From: Octopus vulgaris
Lineage: Eukaryota
DNA length: 64,000 nt
NCBI GenBank assembly: GCA_951406725.2
Contig: OX597814.1
Span: 177,568,001 to 177,632,000, forward strand
Direction: 5' to 3'
Shown here: positions 39,015 through 53,777 of the stretch, one piece after another
How the letters are laid out: each line of letters starts with the position of its first letter
How positions within the stretch are numbered: position 1 is the first letter of the stretch
The notes under the pieces: generated by a model
Told to the model about the DNA's origin: nothing
Databases searched by the model: none
What the model saw: only the letters and a program-made list of their open reading frames with translations
Program-made: the position numbers and the translations under genes

Positions 39015-39602
39015 CATATACATATATGTATATATGTATTTATATATGTAAGAGAGAGAGAGAAAATGAGAGAGAGAGAGAAAGAGTCGGTATGTGAGAG
39101 AAAGAGGGACTGAACACTGTACCGACATGCAGGATTAGTATATTGAATGAATACACACATTTAGCCTTTTTGTGATGGTAATGCAGTGATACAAATAGTA
39201 TGAGCTGTAGTTGTCATAGAGGCGGCGTTGATGATGGTGGCCGTGGTGGTTGCCGAGGTGGTCAGAGATTACGGTGAGAGTAAGCGATGTGAAAGACAGT
39301 GGCGATGGTGGTTGAGTAGAAAGCGGTCAAAGTCAAATGTTTTGATGTTGGTGGCGTCAGAAGTCTGAATGGTGTGTGTATGGTAGATGTGGTGGCGATG
39401 GTGGTGTACTGTTGTTTATGATGCAGCTTAGCAATAAATTCCAAGTCAACAAATTATATCATTGTTTTCGTGAAAATCTTTCATTGCTTGAAAAATATTG
39501 TTAAAGTTTAATAAAATTTAATATGTACTCAATGTATGAAGTGTCATTGTTGGGCCCATGGCCTAATGAAGAACTCTCCACAGGAGCTAGCTTAAACGTC
39601 TA

Positions 39603-39729
<127 letters not shown>

Positions 39730-39744
39730 GAGTGTGTGTGTGCT

Positions 39745-40062
39745 TTTGTGGTAAGTAGTTTGTTTTCAAACCACGTGATTTGAGAGTAGATTTCTTGGAC
39801 GGTAACTGAAAGAAGCCTGTCGTATTCACTCACACTCACACACATGAATATATGTGTGTGTTTTGGGATTTGTATTTGTCCCCCACCATCTTAACAACTG
39901 GTGATTTGGTTTGTTTATATCGCCGTGAACTAACGGTTCAGCAAAAAAGACCAACACGTAATGATAAGATTTAGATAAGTAGTGGGGCTAATTTTTCGAC
40001 TAAATCCTTCAAGGTTGTGCCCCAGCACGTCTGCTGTCCAGTGACTGAAACAAGTAAAAGAT
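39745..40062 (+). mobile_element. Old OK-like SINE
   Basis: tgtggtaagtagtttg...actgaaagaagcctgtcg...tgactgaaacaagtaaaaga. Confidence 0.7.
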
Positions 40063-41677
40063 AATATTCGATAAGATTCTTTCAGTTTACATCTACCGAA
40101 TACACTTACATTGGTTGGCCCAGGGTTTCAACAGAAGACACTGCCGGGCAGTGAGAGGGAGGCCGGAACCAAGTGACTGCACATCCTTCCCCAGTTTTTA
40201 ATTTCAATTAAGCTCCTACATGGATTATGTCAGTTTTAGCATTTTACCTCACCGAAATATTACCACGTCTCTCGTCTTTTTAAATACACTTACTTTGTAA
40301 TTATTGACTTTTAAATGCGAATTATGATCCTTTAATAAAAATTCCAGTACGCCCATTTATGGAATATCCATTTTATCTTTCGAAACCTGAACATATATAC
40401 CATCCTCCTGCTGCATTTTTGACATTCTTTACTCTTTTACATATCTATTTAACATTTTATATGCTTGTTGTTCTTCAACTTCTTAGTGTATCTTCTTTTC
40501 CTCACCGTTATCCTTATGTTGTTGAAGGTTTTAAAGCTTTCCTCTTCTGTTTTTCATTCCATTTTAATCTATACTATAAACTTCAATATTTTTCAGATTT
40601 TACTCCCAGTATGCACACACACACAGACTTAATAAAAATAATAAATAAAGAAAAACATCTCATAATTATTAATTCTGCTGTATTTTATACCCTCGATTTA
40701 TTAAATTTATTTTTTGATTAATCTATTTTACTTTTAATATTTGAATGCTTTAACTTATTAAAATATGAAAAAAATATCTCTAAAGTATAAAATTCTAAAA
40801 TTATTATTGTAATTATTTAGTATTTTAAGAATCGGCCATTGTTACCATACAATTTTATTGTTTCCAACATCTTCTTATTCCTCTCAATATTTCCTTTACT
40901 AGCTTATTTACTAGGTGATTTATTACTTCACTTAGAGCGCTTCTTTCCTCTACATTTTCCCTCCTATTCTTACCACCTTTGATATCTTTTTCCCTTTCAT
41001 ATTTTCCTTTGTATTTTTCTATTTCACAACTTTCATTATTTAAAAAGTGTGTTTGAATCTTTAAAACTGTATTCTTTATTGCTCTTTATACTTTCTTTTA
41101 TAACTTTAAATGCATTTATTTTTTTAATATATATATATTATTTATTTATTTTTTAACTTCTAAATGCGTTCACTGATAGTTTATAAAAGCTAACATCTAT
41201 AACGCTTAACGATTATTTTCTGAACCCTATGAGAGCCTAGACCCTTCTTTCTCTCTTATACATTCATGTAATTCTCTTCTATCTACAGCTAATTTTTAAA
41301 CCTGATAACCCATTTTAGTTGCATCGATTCACTTGTAAACACTACTGGAAACTTGAGAAGATATCCTAGAATGTACTGAGGCATTCTGTTGCTCTTTTTT
41401 ATATTATCAAAGGTGATAGACTGAAATAATCGTAAAAGTGTCTTGGCGGACAAAATGCTTTGCAGTATTTTCTTTCGATTCTTAACATTCAGAGTTCAAA
41501 TAGCGATAATGTCAACGTTGCCTTCATGTCATCGGAGTCAATAGTATCAAGTAGCGTGGTTGATATGATCGACTAATAATTTCTGCCTAAAACTGATGGT
41601 CTTGTGCCTACACTAGAAACAGTTATTTCCTCTAAACACACACACACACAAATACACACACACACACACACACACAT

Positions 41678-41726
<49 letters not shown>

Positions 41727-41730
<4 letters not shown>

Positions 41731-41910
41731 ATCCAAACATAAACAAGCAAGAAAAAACAACAACGCGACGACGTGGAATAAGTACAGTGCTATTGGACGC
41801 TCAGAAAAGGAGAGAAAAGAAAGATGATTTCACGTTTCGAGCGGGGCTCTTCGTCAGAAATATAGAAAAAGTCCAAAGAATGGAAGACGGAGAAAGAAGG
41901 CGCGGTAACA
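41727..41910 (-). mobile_element. Family-B PLE-like short repeat with hammerhead at 41827-41861
   Basis: AUUU-CUGACGA-A-GAGC-ccc-GCUC-GAAA-CG-UG-AAAU; G at position 17, so probably inactive. Confidence 0.75.
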
Positions 41911-42390
41911 TATTGGAAAAAAATTGTTTACTATAATTATATATAATATATAACGCAATTTGCCTCTAACGTTTACACTTTCCCCCCTGGCTTTGTTCAG
42001 GCCTTTATATGGTGTGATGTACGCAGAAAGACTGTCTACACTCGAGTACTTCCCAGGATAAGGCACGGTAACTTATATCATCAACCCCTCTCTTCCCAAC
42101 CTTAGCCTAACGAAACTTAGGCGTAACCTTAGTCCTCCAAAACCCATTTATATCTGAAGATATATCATAGTTAACGTACGGAGCCAAGGGATTTTAATTG
42201 AGTGTAACTGAATATGAAATGCAGTGGGGGCTATGTCTGTTATTTAACATTGCGGTGGAAAACAGCTCCAGGTGTGTTTCGATCTTATTTGAACTTCCAA
42301 GCTTTGTACTCTTTATCTATCAGTACACATTTTAGATTGAGAGATGTATACAAGACGTCTGTGAATGTAGATAAATTAGTTTTATAAATA

Positions 42391-42729
42391 AAGGTAAAGA
42401 CCCCCTTCGGTCACGACACTGACCATGGGATTGCACCTAGAAAGTTACCCTCCTAGACACAAGTCCGGGCAAGGTTGTTTATGGAAGGCCAGCAGTCGCC
42501 CATGCATACCAGCCTCCCCTCTCCACGCCACCAGTGTTATCCAAGGGAAAGACAAAGGTCGATACATTTTGGCACCAGTGACGTCGCAACTCATTTCTAC
42601 GGCTGAGTGAACTGGAGCAACGTGAAATAAAGTGCCTTGCTCAAGGACACAACACGCAGCCCGGTCCGGGATTCGAGCTCACAACCTCACGATCGTAAGC
42701 TCGACGCTCTAACCACTGAGCCATGCGCC
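42391..42729 (-). mobile_element. tRNA-SINE with CORE-like domain and RTE-like tail
   Basis: ggcgcatggctcagtggttagagcg...ctcgaatccc...gtgtccttgagcaaggcact...gtcgtgaccgaagggggtctttacc. Confidence 0.85.
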
Positions 42730-44669
42730 TTAATACCATTTATATTACTAACGGTTGTAATATTAATTAAGATGTGTTGTTTTATTTACCGCATTATAGT
42801 TATAGGACCTATATTAATATTACGTTTCCAGGCAGCAGGCATCCTAATGGGGTCGGTGATTTTAAATGAAATTTGATTTTTGTTATTAAAAATGGTATTC
42901 AAAATGCAATGAACCAGTGTTTGGCTTTCACTGAAGCAGCAATTGACACGATACAAAGCTACAACAAGCGACACTATTGTTCACAAATGATTAACATAAA
43001 CAAATACGATTATTCAACGTCTCTTCCGAAGTTACAAAAATAGTTTTGTGGTTGTGATTTCATGGAGTCTTTCCTTATATTCATTTGTAGAGTTTGAAAG
43101 GAAATATTTGCGTTATATAAGTTCTTTTCAAACCTGTTTGGATTTTGTCTTATTTTTGTTTACCAGTATTTTAGATATTTCTTCTATTTCTCATTGCAGC
43201 AAATTTGAACTAGATAACAGTAAACAGAATTATGTAACCTACACGAGATATGGTAGGTAAGTTACGTTTTATTTAACCATATATTAGTGGTATAAAAGGA
43301 GAAGGAGTGGACATGGGTGTTATTTTATAATAATAATAATTATTATTATTGGACTCTGAGCAAATCTATGTTACAAGCTGTTCTGACTGTTACGTTCCCT
43401 TCTATTTTTAAGTCATACTGTATTTAGTACCCCATCATCATTTTTAACGTGACACTGTACAATTTAAAGTCGCCTTGGCTGATAATTCTAGCAGCTTGAG
43501 CGAGTGCAAAGAATGTCTCTATAATATGATAGAAAAAAGAAAAAAAAAAAGAAAGGAGTGATATTAAATTTTAGACCCATTTTATCAAATGATAAACAGC
43601 ATTGACAATAGTATTAATAACAACAATAACCACAATACATAAACTAAGATGCGTACCTCTAGAAATAGTTTAATGTGATTGAGATGGTAGCTAAATCACC
43701 GTTAAGTCACACTATACGATCTTTAAAACAAGCTGAAGGGTTTATGGTACGCTGTAATCCTAGATAACATATACTAGAAAAAATATGTTGTTCATGACTG
43801 AAACACGATTAACCACAAGCCCGTAAGATCGGGACTCTCCTGGGGTTACAAAACACCATCATTACAAAAACAAAAACAACAGCACAGCAACACATAAGCC
43901 AAAGAGAAATCGTCAATAAATAGTCAATAAATTGCTGTATGTGCTACAGATAGTGGAATCGATCCCTTTAATCACATCCTACGACCTTTAAAAAGAGAAA
44001 AAAAAAAACATCGGATATATACAATATCGTGGTTGTAGGCAGGCTATGCATACACAAATACAGTATAATCACAGCTGAAACGCTTTTGAACATCATATGT
44101 CCGCTCTATCAGGGTTGGTCTCCTCCTCCTCCACCTGCTTCTCAACAACAACAACGACAACATTGCCAAAACCGAAATTGATCTCCGACTCTATGGATTC
44201 TTGTTATTGGGGAGGATTATCTTGCTAACGTGTTACAAGTTGGAGTAATACATCGGCATTTTAGCGTATGCACATCCGATTTTGTCTATGAATAAAATCA
44301 ATAGATGTTTGATATGTTTGATAATGTAGGATGGTTTACTGTTTTGAATGAGTAGAAAAGTAAATATACCAGAATTGATTGCTGCTGGTGCTAGCACTAA
44401 GTCTGAAACTTAGGATTCTTGGATATTCAAATATAATCATAGTTGATAAGTTATCCCTACTGACAGATTGTGTGAGATGGACGTAAAGATTTCATTGATA
44501 TAATCTCATAGATAACGTTTGCAAAGTCCTTAGTGTGATAGCCATCCGCCTCTCTCTCTCTCTCTCTACATCACCCACGTTGTTTGAATAAGAGCCAAGG
44601 TGTTAGTATAAAGTGTTTGGTACAGGACTATTTGCATTAAGGGTTGTTGTTGTCGATGTTGTTGTTGTT

Positions 44670-45281
44670 GAGGTGAGCTAGCACATTGGGCAAAATGATA
44701 AGTGGATTTTCAGGTCTTCAGGTTTTGAATTCACATTTCATTGATGTCGACTTTGCCTTTTACACTTTTGGTTGATAAAACAAGTAGCTTTCAAGTACAG
44801 TTGTCAATGTTAACGGCTTCTTACACTTTTTTCCTCTTTCTGACCATGTGCCAAAAAGGCGGCGAGCGGGCAGGATCGTTAGCACGACGGGCGAAATGAT
44901 TAGCATTATTTCGTCTGCCGTTAGGTTCTGAGTTCAGATTCCGCCGAGGTCGACTTTGCCTTTCATCCTTTCGGGGTCGATAAATTAAGTACCAGTTAAG
45001 CACTGGGGTCGATCTAATCGACTTAATTTCTTTGTCTGTCCTTGTTTGTCCCATCTGTTTAGCCCCTTGTGGGCAATAACGAAATAAGAATCGTTAGCGT
45101 GCTGGGCGAAATATCTAGTGTTATTTTGCCCGTCTTAACGTTGAGTTTCAAATTCCGCTGTGGTCGACTTTGCTTTTCATCCTTTTGGGGTCGATGAAAT
45201 AAATACATGTTGAGAACTGGGGTCTAGCCCCTCTCCCCAAAATATTTGGCCTTGTTCCTATAGCAGAAAGGATTATTATTA

Positions 45282-45328
<47 letters not shown>

Positions 45329-45545
45329 GCGAACTGGCAGTATCGTTAACAAGCCGGACGAAATGTTTAGCAGCAATCACCAGTCTTTACGTACCGATAC
45401 TGAGTCCAAATTTTGCCGGGGTCGACTTTGCCTTACATCCTTTAGGAGTCGATAAAATAAGTACCAGTAGAACAGTGGGATCGATGAAATCGACTACTCC
45501 CCCCGCCCCACAAAAAAAAAAGCCGTGTGCTAGAGTAGAAAGGAT
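44670..45545 (+). mobile_element. Cluster of four head-to-tail Nin-domain-type SINEs of differing divergence
   Basis: gtcgactttgc(c/t)tt core at about 44746, 44949, 45163 and 45421; best copy at 44858-45090. Confidence 0.85.
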
Positions 45546-45649
45546 TATAATTATGATTATTAATGAGATCCAATGGTCAAATCTGTCACACGAAGAGTAT
45601 TTTCAGACAGAATCTGTCCAGGACTACATTGTCTTACTATTTTAGATTA

Positions 45650-46100
45650 TACAGCTCTATTTTTAAGAGATGAGGAATTATGTACATTATTTACATTTGA
45701 CGGATATTTGTCCTCATCTTGTTTGTTGTTAACATATCGTTTCGGCTGATATACCCTCCAGCCTTCATCAGGTGTGTCGGTTTCTATTTCCAAGGTATTT
45801 TTCGATGTTATTATTATTATTATTGTTGCTGTTGTTGTTATTACTCGGGTCACGGCCTGGAATCGAACTCGGAATCTTGGGGTTAGTAGCACGCTCTCTT
45901 AACCTCAAGATTCCGAGTTCGATTTCAGGCAGTGACCAGAGTAATAATAATAATAATAACATCGAAAAATACCTTAGGAATGAGAACCCATGTTCGAAAT
46001 TTCTCCAAGCCACCTGATGAATGCTGGAGGATATATCAACCGAAACATTGTTTTAACAACAAACAAGATGAGGACATATATCAGTCAAATGTAAATGATA
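45650..46100. mobile_element. Second head-to-head inverted pair of the family-C tRNA/hammerhead SINE
   Basis: Same modules as 17801-18378; HHR motifs at 45732-45775 (-) and 46011-46053 (+); both heads are truncated at the centre (~45903). Confidence 0.85.
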
Positions 46101-46398
46101 CAAATAGTGTAAATAATATTTCAGATTAGTTCTATAAATGGGAACTAGAAACTGTGACGTGAATAAGATGTGATTTCTAACACGTCGGTATATCACACAC
46201 ACATTTTAAGATGCGGCGTTTTTAGCTGTAGGTTTAGCTGTATTATACTATCCGTGGATGAAATAAAATGCCCTGTTGCTCGTGCGTATTCTATGCTAAA
46301 AGGATCCGAAGGTGCAATTAAAACATTTTGAACAATATGAAAAAAATGTTGAACTTCCGCAATTTCAAACCTAACAAAGCGTCAAATGAAAACTTATA

Positions 46399-46560
46399 CT
46401 GTAGCGTAGCTAGAATGTGTACTCCCTGGGTTCTCACTTGATTTTGCAATCTCCCCGGCAATACAGCTTATACAGAATAATATAGCAAACTCAAAAGTGC
46501 CGCCCCATAAAATCGTTGCCTGGGGCGGACTGTCTTCTCGTCCTACTAGCTATGCTACTG
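46399..46560. mobile_element. Small hAT-like MITE
   Basis: TIRs ctgtagcgtagctag / ctagctatgctactg. Confidence 0.55.
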
Positions 46561-46611
46561 ATAGCAATAACGAGTTCCTTGAAATAAAACGATGGTATTT
46601 CCTGTGTTCTA

Positions 46612-46790
46612 CTTAGTTACTCGAAATGAACCAGGACAGGATACCTAAGAACAGCCACCAAAATCTAACAGACATTGAAGATCTGAAGGTGCACTGAGGA
46701 AAATTGATATTGCATTGACCAAGGCAGAACGAGTTGCAAAGGCCTAGAATGAATGGCGTCGCAATGTCGAAGCTATATTTCTTTCACGGA
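46612..46790 (+). pseudogene. RTE LINE 3' coding remnant
   Basis: RMNQDRIPK...EDLK...AERVAKA*NEWRRNVEA. Confidence 0.5.
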
Positions 46791-47005
46791 AACGATGAAA
46801 TATATAAAAAAAATATATACTGCAGTACAAAAGCCACATTTGCAGAATATTGACTTTAAAGATAATGAACAACGTTAATATTTGCATATAAGAATTTGTA
46901 AAATTACAGAAGTGAACATCTTGCCTCGTCATCGAAATAATCTAAATGTTAATCAGATCATTATTTTAATAGCTATCAGTATATTGATCCGTGTGAGTGT
47001 GTGTG

Positions 47006-47047
<42 letters not shown>

Positions 47048-47497
47048 GATGTGTGAGAAGAGTGTGATACTGAGAAATGAATCATAGGATATGACTTCTG
47101 AAACGTACGAATATAAAATAGCATATCACTTGTCAATATACTCAATTATGCGGGACACAACATAGACACCTACTTGTTAACATAATATTTTTCAACAACC
47201 TTGCTCTCTCTCTCTCTCCCCTCTCTCTCTCTCTCTCTGTCTGTGTACCTCTCTCTCTCAGTATTTTACTTCCTCCCTCCATTTCTGTCCATCTCACAAT
47301 ATTTCTGCCCGTCATTTCATTCACGCTCTCTTGCTTCCTAGTCTCTTTTATGCATACCTCTACTGTTATGTGTCGTTCTTAAAGGAGTGCACCGAATCGG
47401 AATAATAAGCAATTAACTGTATATATTGATATTCCTAATAAAATTATAGAATACATACATATCAGTAAAGAAAAACTAGAATAAAGGCAGGTGAATC

Positions 47498-47552
<55 letters not shown>

Positions 47553-47808
47553 ATCACGTATATGATAAAACGAAAGTTAATTCCTTTTCGTCGCGTTATA
47601 AAATCAGTTTATTGGATTTGTGTAGGCAACTAGGCAAGTAGGACGCCAAGCTGGTACACATTGCTATTACACAAGTGCCACAAGCATCTCTACACCCGAA
47701 GCACAAACGCATGACCACAGATATATTCAAGACAAACACTGACATACATAAGCGTGAATACACAACACACACACACATACATATGAATACATATACATTC
47801 ATGTGAAT

Positions 47809-47853
<45 letters not shown>

Positions 47854-48827
47854 CGTTGGAACGTATACATTATGTGCTCAGGAGGCAACCACTGCCTGCT
47901 AGAAATAGCAAGTACATCGTTTATCAAAATTATGCTTAACGGTCTTTAATAAAGATTCATTGTATATTGTTGGCCCTAAGCCCAAAAAAGACTGGATGTT
48001 CACGGATGGGATGTCTTTCGTCAAAAGTCAACTCGATCAGGGTTGACTCGTTGGTTAAACAACAACAACAGCATCAGCAATACTAACGCTAAACTTATAT
48101 ACTACATGAGATAGAAACCAATGAAACTAACAACGAACAACAAAAACACACACAAAATACATAATATATTATTATGGACACTTACCAAGCACCTGGCACT
48201 ATTTCCTGCAACAGACCGCAACGGTTATACTAGATTGGTCGAATAACTCTATTGTTTCCTGCAAATAAATGAAAGAAAATAAAAATGTAAGTAAAGACAA
48301 AATACACAAGCAAAAAATAACATTCAGCAAACAAAATAACAAAATAACAAAACACAATAATGTTTCGATCTATTTCCATTAACAACTTTCATTTCATTTT
48401 TTTTATGTGGTGGTGATTAAAACTGCCAACTTTTATGTCCTCATTCAAATGCAAATAAAGCCAGTTTCTTTTGCAAGTAAACACTTGATATTTGTGAGTT
48501 CATACCTCTTTGCTTCTCTTTCATTGTTTCTATGTATTTGTAAAGCTTATTTACTTTTTCAGCCTTCCTCTCAATCTTCTCTCACACACCGAATCATTCC
48601 CTCTCAATCGTTCTCTCTATGAGTGCCAGTCGTTCAGAATCCATTATTTAAATCTTTTGTTGACTTCTATCTCATAAATTATTCCTTTTTTCGACGAAGC
48701 CCTGCGCCTATTTCAATCACACAAAACCCTGCATTGCTATGCATTTCAAAATACCATCTAACCCAATTTATCCATGTATCCAAACCATTTATCACAAAGC
48801 TGTTTTCCCCTATCTATCCAACCACCC

Positions 48828-48918
<91 letters not shown>

Positions 48919-48958
48919 AGTTAGTTACTTATACATTACATGCTTGTATATGCGTGTG

Positions 48959-49049
<91 letters not shown>

Positions 49050-49229
49050 GCATTTGTATATCTTATATATAAATACATGCACACTAACACAGATACACAG
49101 AAATATGTAAACAACGCAGTAACTTTCCATATATTTTGAAATTTAATGACACAACACTTATCTCGCAAAAGACCAAATGTATTTCGATACAAATTTGTGA
49201 ACAACGTTCACGCTAAGCTTACACAGGAT

Positions 49230-49730
49230 ATTATTCTATGAATCCACTTTCAGCCTCTACGGCTGCTTCAAAGCATGGCCGGGATCGTGGACATGCTCGC
49301 ACTAAACGATCTTCATTAATTTCAAACATATGTGGACAATGACTGTCTTCAATGAAGCTGTGGTAATGGTTAGTATTCCTTGCAACAGCACTCTAAACGT
49401 AGTAGTCTATGGGTTTTAAATCTAGCTTCTTCTCAGCACGCACGATTTATATCAGAAGTCCTCGTGTGACGCAATTCTGTTAGTCCTCTCCGATACCGGA
49501 AATTCTTTGTCGTTGGTAATCATTGATTTTCCAGTATCACGAGCGATAATAATTTGAATCCTTTGGATGCACTGCGGTGTCATTATAGCCTGAAACATCC
49601 CTTACCCGAGTCTTCGAATTCCACCTGAACATTGTGTACAAAAGATTTTGCTGCATTTAAAATGCTGATAATTTCTAAATCACCGTCTTTCGCACCTACG
49701 GTGAAACCCACTGCATGTCTTTCTATACTT
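49230..49730 (-). pseudogene. Decayed Tc1/mariner (maT/DD37D-like) transposase C-terminus
   Basis: LDLKPIDYYV*SAVARNTN (SPDLNPLDY..W motif)...NEDRLVRACPRSRPCFEAAVEAESGFIE*. Confidence 0.75.
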
Positions 49731-50402
49731 TGTGTTACAGTTCTACATTTGATCAGAGAGTAGTAAGAATCTTCCGTTTGATTTGAAGAGAGTAATATAA
49801 TGATAGCTAAATTTCCTCAAATACCCTTCGAAGATCATATCTATATATACATTTTATTTGTAGTTTAACGAAACTACAATTGGTTTTATGCCGAAAGAAT
49901 ATTTCGCTGCAATTATCAGGCTTGCCACATAGGACGTAGGTATTCATCACTATCTTGAGTGAAAATATTCGAAGCAAAACAAGACTTTACAGGATTTGGG
50001 AGAAAATAAATCAATATACAGGCCATGGGTGACAGCATATAAGCAGTCCATTTTGTGGTCTTTGTTGCATTCTATTAGTGCTGGAATCCTTGTTGCGTTC
50101 ACTACGTATTGATTGACTTAAAATTTTCATGCATGTTCACGCCTAAAGTTATATTATATATATATATACACGTATGTGAATATTCACATCCATACAGAAT
50201 GTGAACACACACGCACACATACGCACACTGGCATCTGCGTTACTCGAGTCTAAGTATGTGTACATAATCGCGGTGTTTCACGTATTATTCACATATTTTC
50301 ATACGAATTTGGTCTATGCGGTTGTGAATTCATGGGATTTTGTATCCGTAAGATTGTGTATACATGTATCTTTGTATTCCAAGAATACTTATACATGCAT
50401 AC

Positions 50403-50442
<40 letters not shown>

Positions 50443-50559
50443 TATATATATATAGGCATCTGCATTATGAATTTCTATCATGCTTGAACATGTGCTCATG
50501 ATTATAGAGCTTCACATATTTTGACGCCAAATTTGGCCCATGGGATAGTAAATTAATTG

Positions 50560-50955
50560 GGCTGTGGTTTCATAATTTTGTGTATTTATGCATCAAGTGA
50601 GTTATGTGATGCCATGAATGTATGTAATATATCTGTGTAATGAGGGAATTCAGCATAAGTTTACGCCGGCATGTGTATTTTATGCATAATGTTAATATAA
50701 TAGACGTACTTGATGTCTAGAGAGAAAAATCTTATTCAGTTTGGAAGGGTAGCAAATTATATGGAGGCCATAGTTTGAGGTTTTGAAACCTGAATTGTTG
50801 CTTGTGCATGCAAGACAAGGAGGATTCTTCGCTGATGTTTAAAACACTCGGTATTGATGTTATGATATTTAGTTTTTCGCTACTGCAGAGCTCGCATTTG
50901 CTGCCCTTGTATTTGTTGGCCTAAGTAGTATTGTTCCATTTTATCTGGAGGTTGA
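50560..50955 (-). pseudogene. Neptune-type PLE endonuclease C-terminal remnant plus 3' region
   Basis: INLQIKWN...ANKYKGSKCELCSSEKLNII...VLNISEESSLSCMHK, matching the IKW..CxLCxxEK..LN..E..CxH pattern; possible decayed HHR near 50565-50600. Confidence 0.65.
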
Positions 50956-52104
50956 TCGCCTCTCTCTCTCTCTCTTCAAGTATTCATATCAATTAATTAA
51001 AGACGTGTCTTTTGTATTTATCTCTGAACAAAGCGAAATGTAGAAGAAGATATAGAAGATCAAAGACAGCAACAAAATCGCAACACCAACAAAAAAATCA
51101 ACATAGAAAAAAGAAAAACAAAATTCAAAACAATGTAAGCAGCTGCACATCAAAATAACAATTGAAAAAGAAACATTTTTTAAACATTGCACGAAACTAT
51201 AAACCATTATTGGGGGATTGCGGTTACGAAATGATCGAATACTTGACTGGTACCTTCCTCATCCTGCTTCATGCTACTACTTAAATGTTGGGTTCCTTTA
51301 ACGGAGTCCACTCTTTTACAAGTGTTTGGGTCAGGTTTTGTATAAAAGTAAAACTTCATCTGTTTCCCACTCTAATTCCTTTAGAGCCTGAAAATGATTA
51401 ACAGAGCCACTCATACTCCGTTAAGAAAGTGTTAAAAAGTAAGAGAAATACAAGAAAAGGTCACTCAACGAGGTAGAAAGAGGAGTAAAATATCTCTCAA
51501 ATGAACGCCTAGCTTTTTAACTAAACATTAGCACAATACATATGGTAATCATATGTAATGTATGATACAAAATTAAGAGGGTACATACTGGAATACCCTA
51601 GATTATAGGGTATTCTTGATGGGGGTTGTAATGAGGTTAAGTAACAGCAGTAACAACAGTCACAACAACATCCGGTACTAAACTGTAGTGGCTGTAGAAG
51701 GTTGAAGCATAAAGTGAGTTACGGCGTTGTTTGAACATAAAATAAAAAGGACGTAAGGAAATAGTGCTAAGTATTATTTCCAGCATTTCACAAGTTCTAC
51801 CACCCTGTATTTCCCAACAACAAGAACAAGAGCAGCAACTGAAAACAAACACAAATAAAAAATGCCATTGCACGAGTCTCTCGTAAGAGGCAAATCACCT
51901 TATGGTCACACGCTGTTGAAAATATAAGTTTTTACGTTCCTGTAAATATGGGATTAAAGATTAAAGATGGGAAAAGCAACTGTTGAAAATATAACTTTTT
52001 ACGTTCCTATAAAGATGGGATTAGCAAGGTTGATCACACACCTACTTAATTAGTCCCAACAAGGGGATAAACAAGAGCAACAACAATGACAACACGATGC
52101 AAGT

Positions 52105-52320
52105 AGGCGAGCTGGCAGAATCGTCAGCACACCGAGCAAAATACTTAGTGGTATATCGTCTGTCTTCGCGTCCTGTGTTCAAAATCTTTAGCGGTCGACT
52201 TACACTTTCATCTTTTCGAGGTCGACAAAATAAATACACGTTGAAAACTGGGGTCGATGTAATCGACTTACACCCTCCCGATATTGCTGACCTTGTTCTA
52301 GAATTTGAAATCAATAATAA
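52105..52320 (+). mobile_element. Nin-domain-type SINE, degenerate
   Basis: ggcgagctggcagaatcg...ggtcgactttacactttcatcttttcgaggtcg...ctggggtcgatgtaatcgact. Confidence 0.75.
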
Positions 52321-52614
52321 CACGAGGCAACAAGCGATGCGTTTCTTCGGTTTCCCTTTGAATTGTAAGTATAATCCATCCGATTGTACAAGTTACGCCA
52401 CCGCTGAAATGTCGCTCGCAACTTATGACTCGACTTGAGACAACAGTAAAAGACATTTGCTCAAAGTGCCACACAGTTGCATTGAAGCGTCGGCCTGCTG
52501 ACCGAGAAGCGGATTTCATAACCATTCCGCTATACTACTTTAAAGTACTATAAACCATTCCGTTATACTACTTTACAGACTTAAAGCAGGAAGTCGTACA
52601 TATGCAAGTGCACT

Positions 52615-52965
52615 CGGATCGTTTCGTATACTGGTAGAATGTGTTTATAAAACATCTTTTTCTCTTGGCTTTATTGAGAAAATTCTATAGTTTGTAAGAT
52701 ATTTCTTGTTTTTTTCTTCAATTTCAACCAATCAATGACGTCTATTGAGTAAAAAACATTCTGTGCCGTATGAATATGTCCCTCGTTTAAGAAACAGATT
52801 GGGTTTATTTACATTTGTGAAGAAAAAAGATACCCCTCCCTCCATCCCTAACCCTAAACCTAAAATAGATTGAAATGCAATAGATCGCTACTAGGGTCAT
52901 AATTATGGGTGAAAATTTCATACGACACCGCTAGAAAAAATTGCCGTTCAAACCGAAAAGATCCG
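52615..52965. mobile_element. MITE (CGGATC-terminal TIR, internal ccctaa repeats), internally deleted copy
   Basis: Reverse-complement homologue of 59035-59452; 6-bp flanks tgcact/tgtact. Confidence 0.75.
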
Positions 52966-53468
52966 TGTACTCTTTTTTCTATAAAGCAAAACAGATGTAT
53001 GTGAGTTCAGATCACATCATTGATGAGCTACAAGCTGAAGTGTACAAAAGTCTTGTCTATTTTCAATGTTCCGTTAATAGGTAGGATTCGTAGGGTACAT
53101 ATTAAATGTCTTCTTCCTTTGTGTGAAACTTCTAGAAATGATTATTTACATTTTATTCTATTTCTATGTTTCTAAATAATAACTTACAAACTTAGAAATA
53201 AAACAAAATGTCATCGAAGCCAGCCTTAAGCCTAGCCGAGACTTGTCGTCTCCAATAGAGGAAAGAATGAATAATAGCTACATTATAAAGAGATATCAAC
53301 TCGAAAAATAATACGTTATACACAGCTGAAGCAATATTACATGAAAATAGACATCTATATTTCTCATTCAAAGTATATTTACTATCGAAATTCAAGTTAC
53401 TGTAGTTTTCATCCGAAAGGCCTCGGGCGTTCCCTACAGCAGGTACTCGGGAGATATCTCATTCCTTC

Positions 53469-53510
<42 letters not shown>

Positions 53511-53650
53511 CGTTTTTGAAAACAACACAACCACAAGACATTTTATTTCGGATGACACATGTATATAGAAGTCTATTAAATTTTAATACTGCCTGATTTT
53601 CCTTTACCCGATTACGTATTCTTTACAAGTATATTTACATACAAGTATGA

Positions 53651-53708
<58 letters not shown>

Positions 53709-53723
53709 ATATATTTATGTATA

Positions 53724-53777
<54 letters not shown>

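Noticed and set aside
53208-53252. Hammerhead-like gaagcc...tagccgagac
   Set aside because: No CUGANGA-type box, broken helix II, and GAGA instead of GAAA.
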